Below, piece after piece: positions 1 to 9,636 of a stretch of DNA of 64,000 bases; positions within the stretch are counted from its first letter, which is position 1; every line of letters begins with the position of its first letter. Source of the stretch: Pseudomonadota bacterium (lineage in GTDB: Bacteria; Desulfobacterota; Desulfobacteria; Desulfobacterales; JBDRRP01); assembly GCA_043825735.1 (NCBI GenBank), contig JBDRRP010000136.1, positions 1 through 64,000 of the forward strand. The letters run 5' to 3'. The notes beneath the pieces were generated by a model. It had not been told where the DNA came from and did no database searches. It worked only from the letters and a program-made list of their open reading frames with translations. The translations under genes and the position numbers were made by a program.

Positions 1-372
1 GGGATTGAGACCCAATCCACTGATCCAGGCGCGGGAGCCAGATTTCTTTCAGAACCCTGACCCGATTAGAGGGGATTGAGACATAACGATTACATTTCCA
101 CCCATCTCCTTTTCAGGCCTTTCAGAACCCTGACCCGATTAGAGGGGATTGAGACGATCACACCGTTGTCGTTCAGCAGCTCGATACCTCTTTCAGAACC
201 CTGACCCGATTAGAGGGGATTGAGACCGCGGGAATCCGTCCATGTAGGCCGTGGGGACGCCGGATCTTTCAGAACCCTGACCCGATTAGAGGGGATTGAG
301 ACTTGGCCAGATCGACTGCTTCATAGAAGGTTCTCGGCGCTTTCAGAACCCTGACCCGATTAGAGGGGATTG
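1..372 (+). CRISPR. CRISPR array 1 (continues beyond left edge)
   Basis: Repeat CTTTCAGAACCCTGACCCGATTAGAGGGGATTGAGAC (37 bp) at 46, 119, 190 and 266; partial copy at 1-11; 3'-truncated copy at 340-372; five unique spacers of 34-39 bp. Confidence 0.98.
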
Positions 373-375
373 TGT

Positions 376-406
376 GTAGGATGGGTGGCGCGGAGCGCAA
401 CCCATC
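376..406 (+). repeat. GTAG-family REP-like palindrome
   Basis: GTAG followed by hairpin GATGGGT-GGCGCGGAGCGCA-ACCCATC, directly after the truncated last repeat. Confidence 0.6.
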
Positions 407-465
407 AAAAAGCGAAAAACGATTGAATCGTGCAACGACGCCGTTCGACAGGCGGACGGAAAAGC

Positions 466-504
466 GAACGCCGAACATCGAACGTCCAACATCGAATGAT
501 GAAT
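466..504. repeat. Degenerate heptamer tandem repeat
   Basis: gaacgcc gaacatc gaacgtc caacatc gaatgat. Confidence 0.7.
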
Positions 505-618
505 GAGAGGACAAACGGCGAAACGCCTATTCGGTGGCTGTCGATGGTTTTTTTATTAGATGTCCAGCGTGATACTGAAAGGAGAAAAAGAAGAACCTGG
601 CAACGGTATCTTTTCCGC

Positions 619-861
619 GACCACCGGCGAACGCGGTTGGCCAAAATCCTCCTGGATTATGGCGACCGGGTGCAGTACAGCGTGTTCGAATGCCTGCTCG
701 ATGGGCCATTGCTTGGTGATCTGGTTTCTGGCATAAATGGGGTCATTGAATCTGGGGAAGACAGCGTGCGCATCTATTCGCTCTGCGGTGCTTGCGAAAA
801 GGTTGTCCAGGTGTTGGGGCGTGGAGAAGTGAGCAAGGAGGAAGACGTGTATATTGTTTAA
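619..861 (+). pseudogene. cas2: CRISPR-associated Cas2, N-terminally truncated
   Basis: RRTRLAKILLDYGDRVQYSVFEC...EDSVRIYSLCGAC is typical Cas2, but the first strand with the YDI motif is absent; 5' boundary approximate. Confidence 0.85.
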
Positions 862-1128
862 AGCCCTTCGATATGCCGGGACCAAGTGCTTTCGCAGGCA
901 AATATCTATCGATAGATTATAATATCAGTATGTTAACCGAAGTTTCCCAAGACAGTCAAAAAGGGGGTAGGTTCTAGATTATACCCCAACACATTGAAAC
1001 AACTGGGTATTTATGCCATGCTGCCCCAACCGCAAACCCCAAATCTGTCACCTTTGAAGCATCATTTTTTGAGGTCTTTAATACATGCCACCCAACCCAT
1101 TGAAACTTAAGTAAAAATAGGAGGTACC
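862..1128 (+). promoter_or_regulatory. CRISPR leader of array 2 with IHF-like sites
   Basis: AT-rich non-coding stretch between cas2 and the first repeat; WATCAR-N4-TTR-like sites at 923-935, 987-999 (minus) and 1093-1105 (minus). Confidence 0.75.
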
Positions 1129-1955
1129 CTTTCAGAACCCTGACCCGATTAGAGGGGATTGAGACTCATTTATGGGCCAGTCCTTGTCGAAAAGGGCCTT
1201 GCTTTCAGAACCCTGACCCGATTAGAGGGGATTGAGACCGAGTTGCTATCCGAGCGAAATCTGCACATCTTGAGCTTTCAGAACCCTGACCCGATTAGAG
1301 GGGATTGAGACTTGTATGACTGCGCCGACAGCCGCATCTCCCCGGCCTTTCAGAACTCTGACCCGATTAGAGGGGATTGAGACTAACGACTCGCTGACCA
1401 GGGTGTTCGGGAGCCTGCTTTCAGAACCCTGACCCGATTAGAGGGGATTGAGACTTCACCTGATGCTTATTCAGGGGTTTTTCCTCCAGCTCTTTCAGAA
1501 CCCTGACCCGATTAGAGGGGATTGAGACGACTGGAAAAAAGCCCATATCGGCCTGGTCAAGGACCCTTTCAGAACCCTGACCCGATTAGAGGGGATTGAG
1601 ACCTTCCTGAGTTTTGAAGAATTCATCCCATGCCATCTTTCAGAACCCTGACCCGATTAGAGGGGATTGAGACAAATCGTAAACGTGTCACCTATGTGCC
1701 ATTTGTCACCTTTCAGAACCCTGACCCGATTAGAGGGGATTGAGACGTCATCTCACGTTCAAGTCCGTCCTTTTTATTGACTTTCAGAACCCTGACCCGA
1801 TTAGAGGGGATTGAGACACAAGGTTATTGTGCAGGATGGACAGGGCTTTTCTCTTTCAGAACCCTGACCCGATTAGAGGGGATTGAGACTTCTATGGCCA
1901 TCGGTAGGATTTTGTAGTTTCCATCTTTCAGAACCCTGACCCGATTAGAGGGGAT
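1129..1955 (+). CRISPR. CRISPR array 2: 12 repeats, 11 spacers
   Basis: Same 37-bp repeat at 1129, 1202, 1275, 1347 (one C>T), 1418, 1492, 1566, 1637, 1710, 1781, 1853, and a truncated copy at 1925. Confidence 0.98.
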
Positions 1956-1958
1956 GGT

Positions 1959-2300
1959 TGTGATAACCCAAAATTGACCAGGAAAGGGGGTGTGTAAGCA
2001 CCGAAAACTGACCACCCTGAGCACAGCGTTTCCGGGTAGAGTGTTTTTCAATTAAACATTCTACCGGGAGGTAAGGAGTGCTTGCGATGGATCAATATGA
2101 ATTACTCAGAACGGCCCATAGGGTTTACGGCAAGACCATCAGCGAGTTGGCCCGGCAGACTGGGCATTCGCGCAACACGATCAGGAAGGTGATCCGCGGT
2201 GAGCCGTGGGGATACAGCGAACGCCAACAGCAGCCATTTCCGGCAATAGGCGCTTATGTTTCGATTATTGAGGGGTGGCTTACAAAAGACAAACGAAGCA
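1959..2300 (+). mobile_element. istA: IS21-family remnant (left end and 5' part of istA)
   Basis: Repeated AAAA(T/C)TGACCA motifs typical of IS21 ends; ORF from 2078 MLAMDQYELLRTAHRVYGKTISELARQTGHSRNTIRKVIRG is an IstA N-terminal HTH; similarity lost after about 70 aa, no DDE domain or istB. Confidence 0.8.
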
Positions 2301-2921
2301 AAGGGGACGTTGTTGACAAACGTATACTTAATAGCGTTAAGCGCCTGCCGGCGCGTTCAAGGTTCCAAGCTCAAGGTTCAAATTTAACAGCGGAAACGGC
2401 TCGATTGATAATTTATATTTGGGCGCTTCATTGGTCATTAACTGCCGTGACCGGTGATTCTTTTTTTCCCTCTGTGTTCTCCGCCGGCCTGCCCGGCGAA
2501 GCTTACGGCGAAGCCTGGGTAGTTCAATATCTTTTGGTTTTCTCTGCGCCGCTGCGTCTCTGCGCGAGATTTCTTTTTGGTGTCTACGCCCGATGCGGAC
2601 GCGACAGAGCGCGCCCCTCCACAAGCACCGTCTCTTTTTTACCTTCGTGTACTTCGTACGCTTCGTGGTTCAATGTCAGAGGCCTCGAGGGGACATCCTA
2701 TGTTGACTAACGAATATTTATTGACCCCGCCGCTACCGTGATTGCGCCTGAAATGTGGCAGATATGGTCTAGTTGGTAACCCCGTGTATCTTGCATACCT
2801 GACCCTCGAATCCAAAGTCAATGCTGAAGAAACTCGCGACGATCAAACATGGCACCCCTCGGGCCGGGTAAAGGCAAAACCCTACAGGCATGCACTTTTT
2901 CGCGTTAGGCGTCAGGAAAAT

Positions 2922-2960
2922 AAAACAGGCACTTGCGCGAAGTTTGCGCAAATGCCTGTT
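2922..2960 (-). terminator. Intrinsic terminator-like hairpin downstream of tRNA fragment
   Basis: AACAGGCA(C)TTGCGC / GCGCAA(A)TGCCTGTT stem, U-rich tail on the minus strand. Confidence 0.65.
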
Positions 2961-2969
2961 GCTTTTGAT

Positions 2970-2994
2970 TGGTGCCGGGGGCGGGAATCGAACC
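2970..2994 (-). other. Isolated tRNA 3' end (T-loop to CCA, Leu-like); probable att site
   Basis: Minus strand GGTTCGATTCCCGCCCCCGGCACCA; no matching tRNA 5' part upstream. Confidence 0.7.
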
Positions 2995-3049
2995 AGCCCT
3001 TAATGGATTCGGGACTGAAACGGTGCCCGGTGTATGAAGACGCGTCGCG

Positions 3050-4111
3050 TTACAGCTTCCCCCGCTCCTGTGTGATTTTGATGTAGGTTTCCATGCCGGA
3101 GGCCGGGGGCAGGTAGTGCGCGGTTTCGGCCTTGGCTTCCAGAGTGATGGCGTCGGTGGGGCAGGTGGTCACGCAAAGGCCGCAGCCGATGCAGCGGCTG
3201 CGGTCGATTTGGGCGATGTCGTCCGCCATGGTGATGGCGGCCATCGGGCAGCGGTCCAGGCAGGTCTCGCAGCCGGTGCAGTCGGCGGCCGAAACGACGG
3301 CGAAATAGTTGCTCTGGACCGAATCGGCCGGGTTGGGCTGGAGCTTGAGAGATCTCAAAATGCCGCAGCAGCACCCGCAGCAGCTGCACATGCCCCCCGC
3401 CTTCTGGGAGTTGAAGGGCTGCATCACCAGGCCGGCGGCTTCGCTGCGGGTGGCCACGGCCTTGGCCTCGTCGATAGAGATATAGCGGCCCATGCCGTTG
3501 TCCACGTAATAGTCGGCGTGGGCTCCGAAGAGCAGGCAGGCCTCCAGGGGCTTGTCGCAGCCCTTGTCCAAAAGATCCGCGGTCTTGCGGCAGATGCAGG
3601 GGGCCACGGCAATGGTTTTCTGCGCTTCGAGGATGGCGATCACATCGTCATAGGGGGCCACCGGCAGTTTGGCGGAGACCTCACGATTGACCGGGACGGT
3701 GCGCATCAGCGGCGTCTTGTTGGCCTGGATGGTCTTACCGAAGGCTTCATGGAAGTAGGCTTCCATTTTCGCTGCGGTGTCCTTGTCCAGCCGATTGAGC
3801 TGGAATTCGAAGATGCCAACCACGTAGGGGATCGCGGCGTACTTGGCGGAACCCTTTCGGCGCAGACGAAAGAGAAGTCCCTTGCCGGCCATGTCCTCAA
3901 GGCGCCGGGCGGTTTCATCCGCGTCTCGGCCAAGCCTTGTGGCCACGGCATCAGGGGTTTCCAGCATCGGCGACATGTCGATAAAAAAGGACGCCTCGTC
4001 TTCGGTGAAGAGCTTTTGGAGCAGGGCCAGCTCAACGCCGCTTTTCGTTTCCGGAAAACCGCTGGCGATGCTGTCAAGCCGCTGCTGCAATCGTTTGTAA
4101 ATATCAGTCAT
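3050..4111 (-). CDS. 4Fe-4S dicluster domain protein
   Basis: CICR, CSCCGCCCG and two CxxCxxCxxxCP motifs. Confidence 0.9.
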   Translation of the reverse strand: MTDIYKRLQQRLDSIASGFPETKSGVELALLQKLFTEDEASFFIDMSPMLETPDAVATRLGRDADETARRLEDMAGKGLLFRLRRKGSAKYAAIPYVVGIFEFQLNRLDKDTAAKMEAYFHEAFGKTIQANKTPLMRTVPVNREVSAKLPVAPYDDVIAILEAQKTIAVAPCICRKTADLLDKGCDKPLEACLLFGAHADYYVDNGMGRYISIDEAKAVATRSEAAGLVMQPFNSQKAGGMCSCCGCCCGILRSLKLQPNPADSVQSNYFAVVSAADCTGCETCLDRCPMAAITMADDIAQIDRSRCIGCGLCVTTCPTDAITLEAKAETAHYLPPASGMETYIKITQERGKL

Positions 4112-4276
4112 TGGTGCACTCCGTGAAAAGGGTTCAAGGGTTCGATGGGAAATACCAAAAAGCGATCCGGGCCGCCATTATTAATTTGTAAGGTCGGGGC
4201 TTATCTCCGCCAGCAGGCGCTTTCGAATTAAGGATGATCGTCTTGCCGCGGCCGATTCCCAGCAGGTCATCACCGA

Positions 4277-5182
4277 TTACCGATTCGGCAGAAAACCGGT
4301 CTGCTTGTACTGCGGGTTCGGGTAGCGGTAGAAGCCTTCTCCTGTTTTTACGCCCAATTTGCCAGCGTCGACATACTCTTTCAGCATTTCGGCATTTTTT
4401 GCCAGACTTTTTTGCCGGGACATCTGTGCGGCGTAATCGACGATTTTCCAAACGGTATCCAGCCCGATCGAATCCATAATGCCGAAGGGGCCGATGTCCG
4501 TTCGCATGACGCCCATCCAGGCACGATCGATGTCTTCAACCGCGGCGACATTCTTGTTGGCCAGCGCCAAGGATGATTTCATCAGGTCGCTGAGAAGCGC
4601 ATTAAAGACGTACCCGTAGTTTTCCTTTTGGAGCAGGACGACCACCTGACCTAATTTTTCGGCAAAGGCCTTTACCAACTCGGTGGTCTCCGGGGCCGTG
4701 CCGGGGTGCGGCATGATATCGACCACATCGGTCTTGATAATATCGTGGAAATGGAATGCCAAAAATTTTTCAGGACGCCCGACCTCGTGCGCGAAAAGTG
4801 AGGGTATCAGCATCGAGGTATTAGTGGTGAAGATGGTCCGCTCCGGACACAGCGCATGAAATTTCCTGAATATGGCGCCTTTGAGGACGGGATCCTCGGG
4901 CACCGATTCGGTGACCACATCCACCTCGCGTGCGGCCTCGCCGGCATTGTCGGTAAATTCAATTCGCCCGATAACCGCCGCTTTCAACTCAGGCGGCAGC
5001 CGTTTTTTATGAACGAGCACATCGGCCAGGGCGTCGATGCGCTTTCGGGCAAATTCGAGCGCCTCCTGTTTTGTGTCGTAGATGACCACCGCATATCCAT
5101 GCAGCGCGCACAGCAGTCCGATCTGGTGTCCCATGGTTCCGGCGCCGATGGCCAGAACACGCTTCACATCATCAATTTTCAT
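4277..5182 (-). CDS. 3-hydroxyacyl-CoA dehydrogenase
   Basis: GAGTMGHQIG Rossmann motif, ESVPE..LK, TNTS, GPFGIMDSIGLD, GKLGVKTGEGFY. Confidence 0.93.
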   Translation of the reverse strand: MKIDDVKRVLAIGAGTMGHQIGLLCALHGYAVVIYDTKQEALEFARKRIDALADVLVHKKRLPPELKAAVIGRIEFTDNAGEAAREVDVVTESVPEDPVLKGAIFRKFHALCPERTIFTTNTSMLIPSLFAHEVGRPEKFLAFHFHDIIKTDVVDIMPHPGTAPETTELVKAFAEKLGQVVVLLQKENYGYVFNALLSDLMKSSLALANKNVAAVEDIDRAWMGVMRTDIGPFGIMDSIGLDTVWKIVDYAAQMSRQKSLAKNAEMLKEYVDAGKLGVKTGEGFYRYPNPQYKQTGFLPNR

Positions 5183-5383
5183 TCTTCTCGTGCTTCCTTT
5201 CACCGTGTCATATCACCGACAGCATTCTGACCCTCAAATGGTGTCCGTCCAGAAATGGTGGATTTTGGTTCAGCGCAAGGCCTGAGCATTTTCGAAACCG
5301 GAGGAATAGCGGAGCTATTTCGAGGATTTCGAAAAGTGCGAAAACGCCGCGCTGGGCCGAAATACGCCGTTTCTGGACGGGCA

Positions 5384-6463
5384 CTAAATAAAGCCTTCTT
5401 CAGACGCCATACGGGCGGTTTTCTCCAGGGCATGAACAGCGAAGATCAGCATTTCGAAACGCTTGTCCGCCGTCTGGCCCTTATAGTAGCGGTAGTAGAT
5501 CTGCTGGGCGATGACGGCCAGCCGGAAAAGGCCGAAAGTGTAGTAAAACGAAAACTCGCCGGTATCGAGACCGGAGAGGCTGCCGTAATGGCCGACGATC
5601 TCACGCCGGGTCAGGGCGCCGGGGATGTGGGTGGGCATCAGGCGCAGGGCCTGAAGCTCGGGCGCATCGTCGGCCTGTACCCAGTAGGCCAGGCTGCTGC
5701 CCAGATCCATGAGCGGATCCCCGACGGTGGCCATTTCCCAGTCCAGCACGCCGATGATGGTCATCGGATCGGACGGTTCCAAGACCACGTTGTCGAACTT
5801 GAAATCGTTATGCACGATGGCCGGCGAGGTCGTATCGGCCGGCTGGTGGTCGGCCAGCCAGGCCATCACGGCTTCGAAATCGGGGGCATCCGGGGTGCGG
5901 GCGGCACGATACCGGCGGCTCCACCCGTCCACCTGGCGGGCCACGTAGCCCTCGGGTTTTACCGGCCCCAGGTCCACCCGGCGGTAGTCCACCGCATGGA
6001 GTTCCCGCTGAACCGATACCAGCCTCCGGCAGAGCGCACCGGCGTCCGCGGGGGAAAAGGAAAGGCCGGCCGGCAGGTTTTTACGGAGAATAATGCCCCG
6101 GATGCGCTCCATGATGTAGAAGGGACTGCCCAGACGCGCATCGGTGTCTTCGTAGTAGAGTACCTCCGGGCAGTAGGGAAACAGCGGGCGAAGGGCCATG
6201 AGCATCCGGTATTCCCGGCCCATGTCGTGGGCGCCGGCGGCCTTGGTACCCCGGGGCGGTCGCCTGAGAATCACCTCCTCGCCGCCGAGTGTCACCAGGT
6301 AGGTGAGGTTGGAAAAGCCGCTGGGGAACTGCCGGATTTCAACGGGCCCGTCCACTCCGGGAAATATGTCGCGCAGCAGGTCGGTGACCGCCGCCGCGTC
6401 GAGGGCTTCGCCGTTTCGAATGTCTGTGGGCGCGTCGATGGCGCCGTTATGGGGTGTCGACAT
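5384..6463 (-). CDS. APH-family phosphotransferase (ACAD10/11 kinase-domain/LvaA-like)
   Basis: QFPSGFSNLTY, LRRPP, HDMGREY, HNDFKFDN, VLDWEMATVGDPL. Confidence 0.9.
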   Translation of the reverse strand: MSTPHNGAIDAPTDIRNGEALDAAAVTDLLRDIFPGVDGPVEIRQFPSGFSNLTYLVTLGGEEVILRRPPRGTKAAGAHDMGREYRMLMALRPLFPYCPEVLYYEDTDARLGSPFYIMERIRGIILRKNLPAGLSFSPADAGALCRRLVSVQRELHAVDYRRVDLGPVKPEGYVARQVDGWSRRYRAARTPDAPDFEAVMAWLADHQPADTTSPAIVHNDFKFDNVVLEPSDPMTIIGVLDWEMATVGDPLMDLGSSLAYWVQADDAPELQALRLMPTHIPGALTRREIVGHYGSLSGLDTGEFSFYYTFGLFRLAVIAQQIYYRYYKGQTADKRFEMLIFAVHALEKTARMASEEGFI

Positions 6464-7136
6464 GGTAGTAGGCTCCGATGATGGCTATGACGGTTTCCGC
6501 GTACTGCTCCACGCTGATGCGCCGCCGTTTGTGCTTGCCCCGCTTGAGATACCAATCCTGAAGCATGGCCTTGATCAGTCCGGCGCTCATCTCGTGGTGC
6601 CGCTCCGGCCAGCAGCCCTGCTGCGCGCCCTGCTCCAGAATATCGGCCAGGAGTCCTTCGGTGAACAGCTCGCTTTCGATGGCTGCCCGCTGCTGGCGCG
6701 CGTCGAGGTTTTTGGCTTCCATGTAGGAGAAGTAAAACCAGGGCTGGAGCGCCTCGCTGAGGTAGAGATGCACCCGGACGGCGGTTTTGAATTTTTCCCA
6801 AGGGGATGCCGCCACGGCGATCTGCTCTTCGAGAATGCGCCGGCTCACGCCGCGGCGCTGGTTCTGGAGCATGGTGAGCAGCGCGTCCTTGCTTGAGAAA
6901 TAGCTGTACAGGGCGCCCAGGCTGAGACCGGTCTCCCGGCTCAGATCGCGCATGCTCATGGCCTGAAATCCCTTGCGGTTGCTGATCTTGAGGGTGGCGT
7001 CGAAAATTTTCTCCAGGTTCCGGACCACCGTTTCTTCCGTCTTGATCTGGATGGTGTCCGCATGCTCCCGGAAGATCACCCGGCACAGCTCCCGCTTGCT
7101 GATGGCGATGTCGGCTTTAAAAGTCTCGTAATTCAT
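6447..7136 (-). CDS. TetR/AcrR family regulator
   Basis: GFQAMSMRDLSRETGLSLGALYSYFSSKDALL helix-turn-helix. Confidence 0.92.
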   Translation of the reverse strand: MNYETFKADIAISKRELCRVIFREHADTIQIKTEETVVRNLEKIFDATLKISNRKGFQAMSMRDLSRETGLSLGALYSYFSSKDALLTMLQNQRRGVSRRILEEQIAVAASPWEKFKTAVRVHLYLSEALQPWFYFSYMEAKNLDARQQRAAIESELFTEGLLADILEQGAQQGCWPERHHEMSAGLIKAMLQDWYLKRGKHKRRRISVEQYAETVIAIIGAYYHVDTP

Positions 7137-7142
7137 AAAAAG

Positions 7143-7350
7143 AAGGGTCCAAGGATTCGAGGGGTCAAGGGTTCAAGGGGCCAAAAACCAAAGGGTTCAA
7201 GGATTCAAGGGGTCAAGGGTTCAAGGGGAACGGCCAAAGCACATCATACGGGTCATACGATCATTAAAGCGTTCATGAGGGAACCCCATGAAGGTTGTAG
7301 TTTTGAGGGTGTTCGTTTTTCACTTGAACCCTTGACCCCTTGAACCCTTT
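7143..7350. repeat. Inverted octamer tandem-repeat element
   Basis: Runs of AAGG(G/A)(T/G)TC at 7143-7228 and complementary CTTGAACC/CTTGACCC at 7323-7348. Confidence 0.85.
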
Positions 7351-7361
7351 ACGGGGTTGCG

Positions 7362-8558
7362 TTATGCGTCCTCGTAAGTCTTAAGAATCTTTTTCGCCAC
7401 CGACAGCTTATGGATTTCGTCGGTGCCGTCGTAAATGCGCGCTGCGCGCTCGTGGCGGAAAAAGAACGCCAGGATCGTATCGTCGGTCATGCCCAGACCG
7501 CCGTGCACCTGAAGCGCCCGGTCCACGACGGTCTGCATGACCCGGGCCGTGTAAAATTTGATCAGGGAAATGTCCTGGCGGGTCTCGTGGGTCCCCTGGT
7601 GCTGGAGGTGCCAGGCGGTGTGGAGCACCAGAAGGCGCGCCGCGCGGATTTCCGCCGCGCTCTCGGCGATCCAGGCGCGGATGATCTGACTGCCGGCCAG
7701 TTTTCTGCCGGGGGCGATATCGCGCTGGGTGGCGCGGCGGCACATGAGATCGAAGGCGCGTTTGCAGACTCCCAGCCAGCGCATGCAGTGGTGGATGCGC
7801 CCCGGACCCAGTCGCTCCTGGGCGATGACAAACCCTTCGCCTTCGGCGCCCAGCAGATTTGCCACCGGTACGCGGCAGGACTGGTAGAGGATTTCCGCAT
7901 GACTGGCCCAGTCGTCGCCGGCGTGGCCCATCACGGAAATGTTGCGCACCAGGTTGAAGCCCGGGGTGCCGGTGGGAACCAGAATCATGCTGGCCCTCAG
8001 GTAGGGGGGCGCCTCGGGGTTGGTCACCGCCATTACGATGGCAAACGCTGACCCGTCGGCCCCGGTGCTGTACCACTTCTGGCCGTTGATGACGTAATCG
8101 CCGCCGTCTTTTTCGGCGGTGGCCTCCAGCATCACCGGGTTTGAGCCGGGCATTTCCACCTCGGTCATGGAAAAGCAGCTGCGGATGTCGCCGGCGACCA
8201 GCGGCCCAAGGTAAAGCTCTTTTTGCTCCGGGGTGCCGTATTTGTGCAAAATTTCGATGTTGCCGGCATCCGGGGCCTGGCATCCGAACACGTAGTGGCC
8301 GATGGGGGTGCGTCCCAGCGCTTCGGAAACCAGGGCGAATTCCACCAGGTCGAGCCCCATGCCGCCGTATTCGGCCGGATGGGGGGGCGCCCATAGTTCC
8401 ATCTCCCGCACCATGCGGCGCTTTTTTTCAAGCTCCGGGAGCATGTCGCTGAACGAGCGGGTTAGAAACTGAGGCTCCATGGGAATGAGCTCCCGGTCGA
8501 CGAATTCGTCGACCATTCCCAGAATGGTCTGCATCTTGGTTGAGATGGTAAAATCCAT
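7362..8558 (-). CDS. Acyl-CoA dehydrogenase (ACAD10/11/LvaC-like subgroup)
   Basis: CQAPDAGNIEIL, FSMTE, INGQKW, RLGPGRIHHCMR, QVHGGLG, RIYDGTDEIH. Confidence 0.93.
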   Translation of the reverse strand: MDFTISTKMQTILGMVDEFVDRELIPMEPQFLTRSFSDMLPELEKKRRMVREMELWAPPHPAEYGGMGLDLVEFALVSEALGRTPIGHYVFGCQAPDAGNIEILHKYGTPEQKELYLGPLVAGDIRSCFSMTEVEMPGSNPVMLEATAEKDGGDYVINGQKWYSTGADGSAFAIVMAVTNPEAPPYLRASMILVPTGTPGFNLVRNISVMGHAGDDWASHAEILYQSCRVPVANLLGAEGEGFVIAQERLGPGRIHHCMRWLGVCKRAFDLMCRRATQRDIAPGRKLAGSQIIRAWIAESAAEIRAARLLVLHTAWHLQHQGTHETRQDISLIKFYTARVMQTVVDRALQVHGGLGMTDDTILAFFFRHERAARIYDGTDEIHKLSVAKKILKTYEDA

Positions 8559-8576
8559 GGTGTTGATCCTTCCGGT

Positions 8577-9272
8577 TTAAAGCAGGGTGTAAAGATGCTG
8601 ACCGCCGCCGCGATCCAGGTGGGCGGTGGTGTTAAAGGCGCGCAGATCGAGCCGATTTCCGTCATGGATAAAGACCGATGCCGCCGTGTTGAGGATCTGC
8701 CACGGCAGACGGACGGTTTCGGTCAGGCTGATCCCGAGCGCGATCTGCATGAATACCGACAGGGTTCCGCCAGAGGTGAAGACAGCGATTGTTCCGGCCT
8801 CCGGCGCTTCGGACGCGATGCGGGTGATGCCTGACGCCACCCGGTCAACGAAGCGGTTAAGGCGATGCTCCGGCGCCAGGCGCTCTGGGTTTTCGATGGC
8901 GACGGCAATGGCCGCCTCCATCGCGTTTCTGAATGCCGCGGGTGATTGAAATGCTTCCGTGGCTGCGTGGACCGGTTTCGCAGATGCACGGTCCGCGTCT
9001 TCGATCAGCGCCAGGATGGCGCCTGAATTGAACTCGTCGAAGGCCGTCATGGATATGATTTCCGGCGCCCCCGGCATCTGCCCGGTGACCGCAGCGGCGG
9101 TTTCCAGCTGACGGCGGTGGCTTCCTGCGTAGACGGCATCGAAACGGACGCCGGTTTCGGCGAAGTATTTCCCAAGCCGCTCGGACTGCTCGATGCCCAG
9201 GGCCGAGAGCCTGTCGTAGTCGCTGCTGCCGAAGCGGGCCTGCCCGTGGCGTATGCCGTAAATGAGTGTCAT
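8577..9272 (-). CDS. Histidine phosphatase family protein
   Basis: RHGQA...YDRLSALG motif. Confidence 0.88.
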   Translation of the reverse strand: MTLIYGIRHGQARFGSSDYDRLSALGIEQSERLGKYFAETGVRFDAVYAGSHRRQLETAAAVTGQMPGAPEIISMTAFDEFNSGAILALIEDADRASAKPVHAATEAFQSPAAFRNAMEAAIAVAIENPERLAPEHRLNRFVDRVASGITRIASEAPEAGTIAVFTSGGTLSVFMQIALGISLTETVRLPWQILNTAASVFIHDGNRLDLRAFNTTAHLDRGGGQHLYTLL

Positions 9273-9315
9273 GTGCGTTATTGTGTAACGGGCCGGGGCG
9301 TGCGATGTCAAGAAT

Positions 9316-9335
9316 TATCGAACGAACGTTCGATA
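9316..9335. promoter_or_regulatory. Candidate TetR operator between divergent promoters
   Basis: TATCGAACG-AA-CGTTCGATA with perfect 9-bp arms; TTGACA on each strand (9306-9311 minus, 9343-9348 plus). Confidence 0.65.
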
Positions 9336-9413
9336 TTTTTCATTGACATGATCCTCCGCTCTTTATAAACCTTTGTGCATAAAGCGCCAGTGGGCCTTTT
9401 CCCACAATGCAGT

Positions 9414-9503
9414 TGAACCACGGAGTCACGGAGGACACGGAGCTCTTATATTCAAAATCAATCGTGGTTGAGCTTCTCCGTGCCCTCCGTGACTCCGTGG
9501 TGA
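9414..9503. repeat. Inverted nonamer-repeat miniature element
   Basis: TGAACCACGGAGTCACGGAGGACACGGAG ... CTCCGTGCCCTCCGTGACTCCGTGGTGA. Confidence 0.85.
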
Positions 9504-9636
9504 TCACATTGGCATCGGGGACACTGGCCTTTGAGGCTATTCTGGCGTTTTATACATGATCGGATAGATTTTTTTTGCGGCACTCTGCGATCGCTGTGGT
9601 GTAAAAACACTGTTTCACATTTCACTACTGGGGCTC

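Noticed and set aside
12..45. Self-targeting spacer (GATCCAGGCGCGG also near 7668)
   Set aside because: Only 13 nt match, compatible with chance
2078..2710. Intact 210-aa transposase
   Set aside because: Only the first ~70 aa resemble IstA; the rest runs through repeat DNA
2855..2895. c-di-GMP-I riboswitch (GGCAAAAC)
   Set aside because: GNRA hairpin and second stem not found
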